From Somniosus microcephalus (taxonomy: Eukaryota), in the NCBI GenBank assembly GCA_052327205.1, contig CM126220.1, positions 44,454,001 through 44,518,000 on the forward strand: a DNA stretch of 64,000 nucleotides. Reading direction: 5' to 3'. Positions 62,117 to 64,000 of the stretch are shown here, piece by piece. Position 1 is the first letter of the stretch; each line of letters begins with the position of its first letter. The translations under genes and the position numbers were made by a program. The notes beneath the pieces are model-generated. The model was not told the origin of the DNA and did not search any database. It saw nothing but the letters and a program-made list of their open reading frames with translations.

Positions 62117-64000
62117 TGTGAGATGAGATGCAGCAGTGGAATTTTGGATAACTTGTATGGAAAGTGAAGTTTTGGAGGCAAGCAAAGAAGGTGTCACAGA
62201 AATCAGGTCTGAAGGTGACAAAAGCAGGAACTACGGTTTTGGCTGGGGTGGGAGTGAGTTGGAGGGTAATATTATTAACAATATTGCAGAAATGGAAGTA
62301 AGCAGTCTGGGTGTTGGTGAGGATATGGGGTTTGAAATTCTGCTCTGCATCAAGCAGGACACTGAGCTTATGGACCTTGTGGTGCAGCCCAAGTAAATGG
62401 TCAGGGAGGGAAAGGGAGTCAGTAGTAGCAAGAGTACAGAGTTTTTGGCAAGGGCTTAATATGAATGTTTTGGTCTTCCCGATATTTAATTGGGAGGAAA
62501 TTCTGGCCTATCCACGACTTGATGCAAAGAGAGACAACATTGATGGTACTGTGAATAAGGGTTCATTTTCAAAAATTGGATTTTTTGTTTGTCAGTATCC
62601 TATGTTCAGTTCTTGGATTGTGCTGGAACAATTCCTAAATAATTCACAGGAAATACAATCTTAAAACAAAACCTATCGTCTGTTGAGGGGAGGACACTTG
62701 CAATATTTGATTAAAACCTTGAAGAATTTCAAAGTGACGAATTATTTTTCACAGACAGGATGGATGGAAAGCACCACAAAATACCTTCTCTTCAAATATG
62801 GAAGAGTATTGACCATTACTTCATCACAGATGAGCTATGTCGTCTCACAGTCAGCAGTGTGGACGAAATAACTTGTCCTGTAGGTGCAGGTCTTCGACAT
62901 ATCAAAGATTGACCTGCTCAAAGTTTGTGACATGGTCATATCAACCTTTACAAATCTGGCACTCAATTGGCTGAAAGATATTTTAGAGCCTGTTTTTTTT
63001 TGGCGGGGTTGGGGGGGGGGGGGGGGGGGGTGGTCGTGGGGGCAATTTATCCAAAGTTGTTCTTGCCTTCAAAATGGACAATGGGACCTTTGAGGCACAG
63101 AAAGAAGTGTTTTAAAATGATATTTGAGAGAATAAAAGTATATTAGAAAGTTGGTGTGAGTTAGAGTTAAAAGTACTGTAAATAAGTTAAAACGAGGGGA
63201 AGGAAGTAAGCATTTTAAAAATCACTGACTTTTTCCAGTGTTAATAAATATATACACAATAATAAAGTTATTCATGACTTTTATTTCTATATTACTGGAT
63301 TTGTGTGAAGAGCTTGAGCCAAGAGCGTTATTCAAAAAAAATACACACTTCTGAAAGCCTGGAATTTCCCTGTGGCCGCATTTCCCTTAAATCTGTCACT
63401 GGTTTAAAGAGAAAAGTTATGATAGTGCTGGGCTTTTGGGTGCTAGCTTCTCTGAGTGGGCAGTTTTGTAGCTGCTGGGGATGTGCATTCTGATCAGATC
63501 TTGTAAATCCCTTTGATATACAGGACCTCAGCAAGAAAATCATGCTCAGTTTGAGAAATATCATTCTAGGGGAAAACCTTTGTTACTACTGTACTTGTGC
63601 TATTTTTGACCGGTAAAAACATCCTGTGGAAATCTGCAGGCATTGATGATAATGAACTGGATGAAGGACCAACAACATAATTTCCCAAATGTGCAGTTAC
63701 AAGTTTAATTTCTCTACAGTGTAAGAAGGTTCAAACCACTTGGCAGAGTATTATATCCATGGTAAACTACTGAAATATACATTTTTAATGTAGGATTTCA
63801 ATTCCCCTTCAAATTATAACTGGCCACAAAAAACACATGCTGGTCATAAATGTCGCAATTGCACAATCTTTGGTAACCAGTATTTTTAATTGGTGTCAAT
63901 ACAGTGGATCTTTCCAATATATATATATATAAAATAAGTGAGCGTATTTGTAGCCATTTTCTCAATATTATAGTCACATTCATGTTTATATAACATTACA

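Noticed and set aside
61011-62221. Long ORFs of X residues
   Set aside because: They span assembly gaps.
60440-64000. Preceding MTMR3 exon encoding RKHHC
   Set aside because: Not found in readable sequence; it may lie in the N gaps or beyond the window.

Overview
Vertebrate genomic DNA, very probably a shark or other elasmobranch, judged from the V-SINE/HE1, Deu-type SINE, CR1 and palindromic Penelope-like repeats. It holds the first two coding exons of ISCU (-), a complete 19-exon SART3 (+, about 920 aa, all introns GT-AG and phase-consistent), a complete two-coding-exon FICD/HYPE (-, about 435 aa) and the 3' end of MTMR3 (-). The MTMR3 part includes the last FYVE exon and a 27-nt microexon that the ORF track misses. 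The introns and intergenic DNA carry a full-length decayed Ty3/Gypsy LTR element (179-bp LTRs, 5-bp TSD), a 3-kb APE-RT LINE, PIF/Harbinger-type and Tigger/pogo-type non-autonomous elements, nested CR1/L2 fragments, SINEs, a 1.6-kb minisatellite and two assembly gaps. I see no convincing wholly new biological system. The best leads are the MTMR3 FYVE microexon, inverted repeat pairs bracketing SART3 exons, an ERSE-like element at FICD and several unusually structured mobile elements. Repeat family names come from recall, not from a database search.
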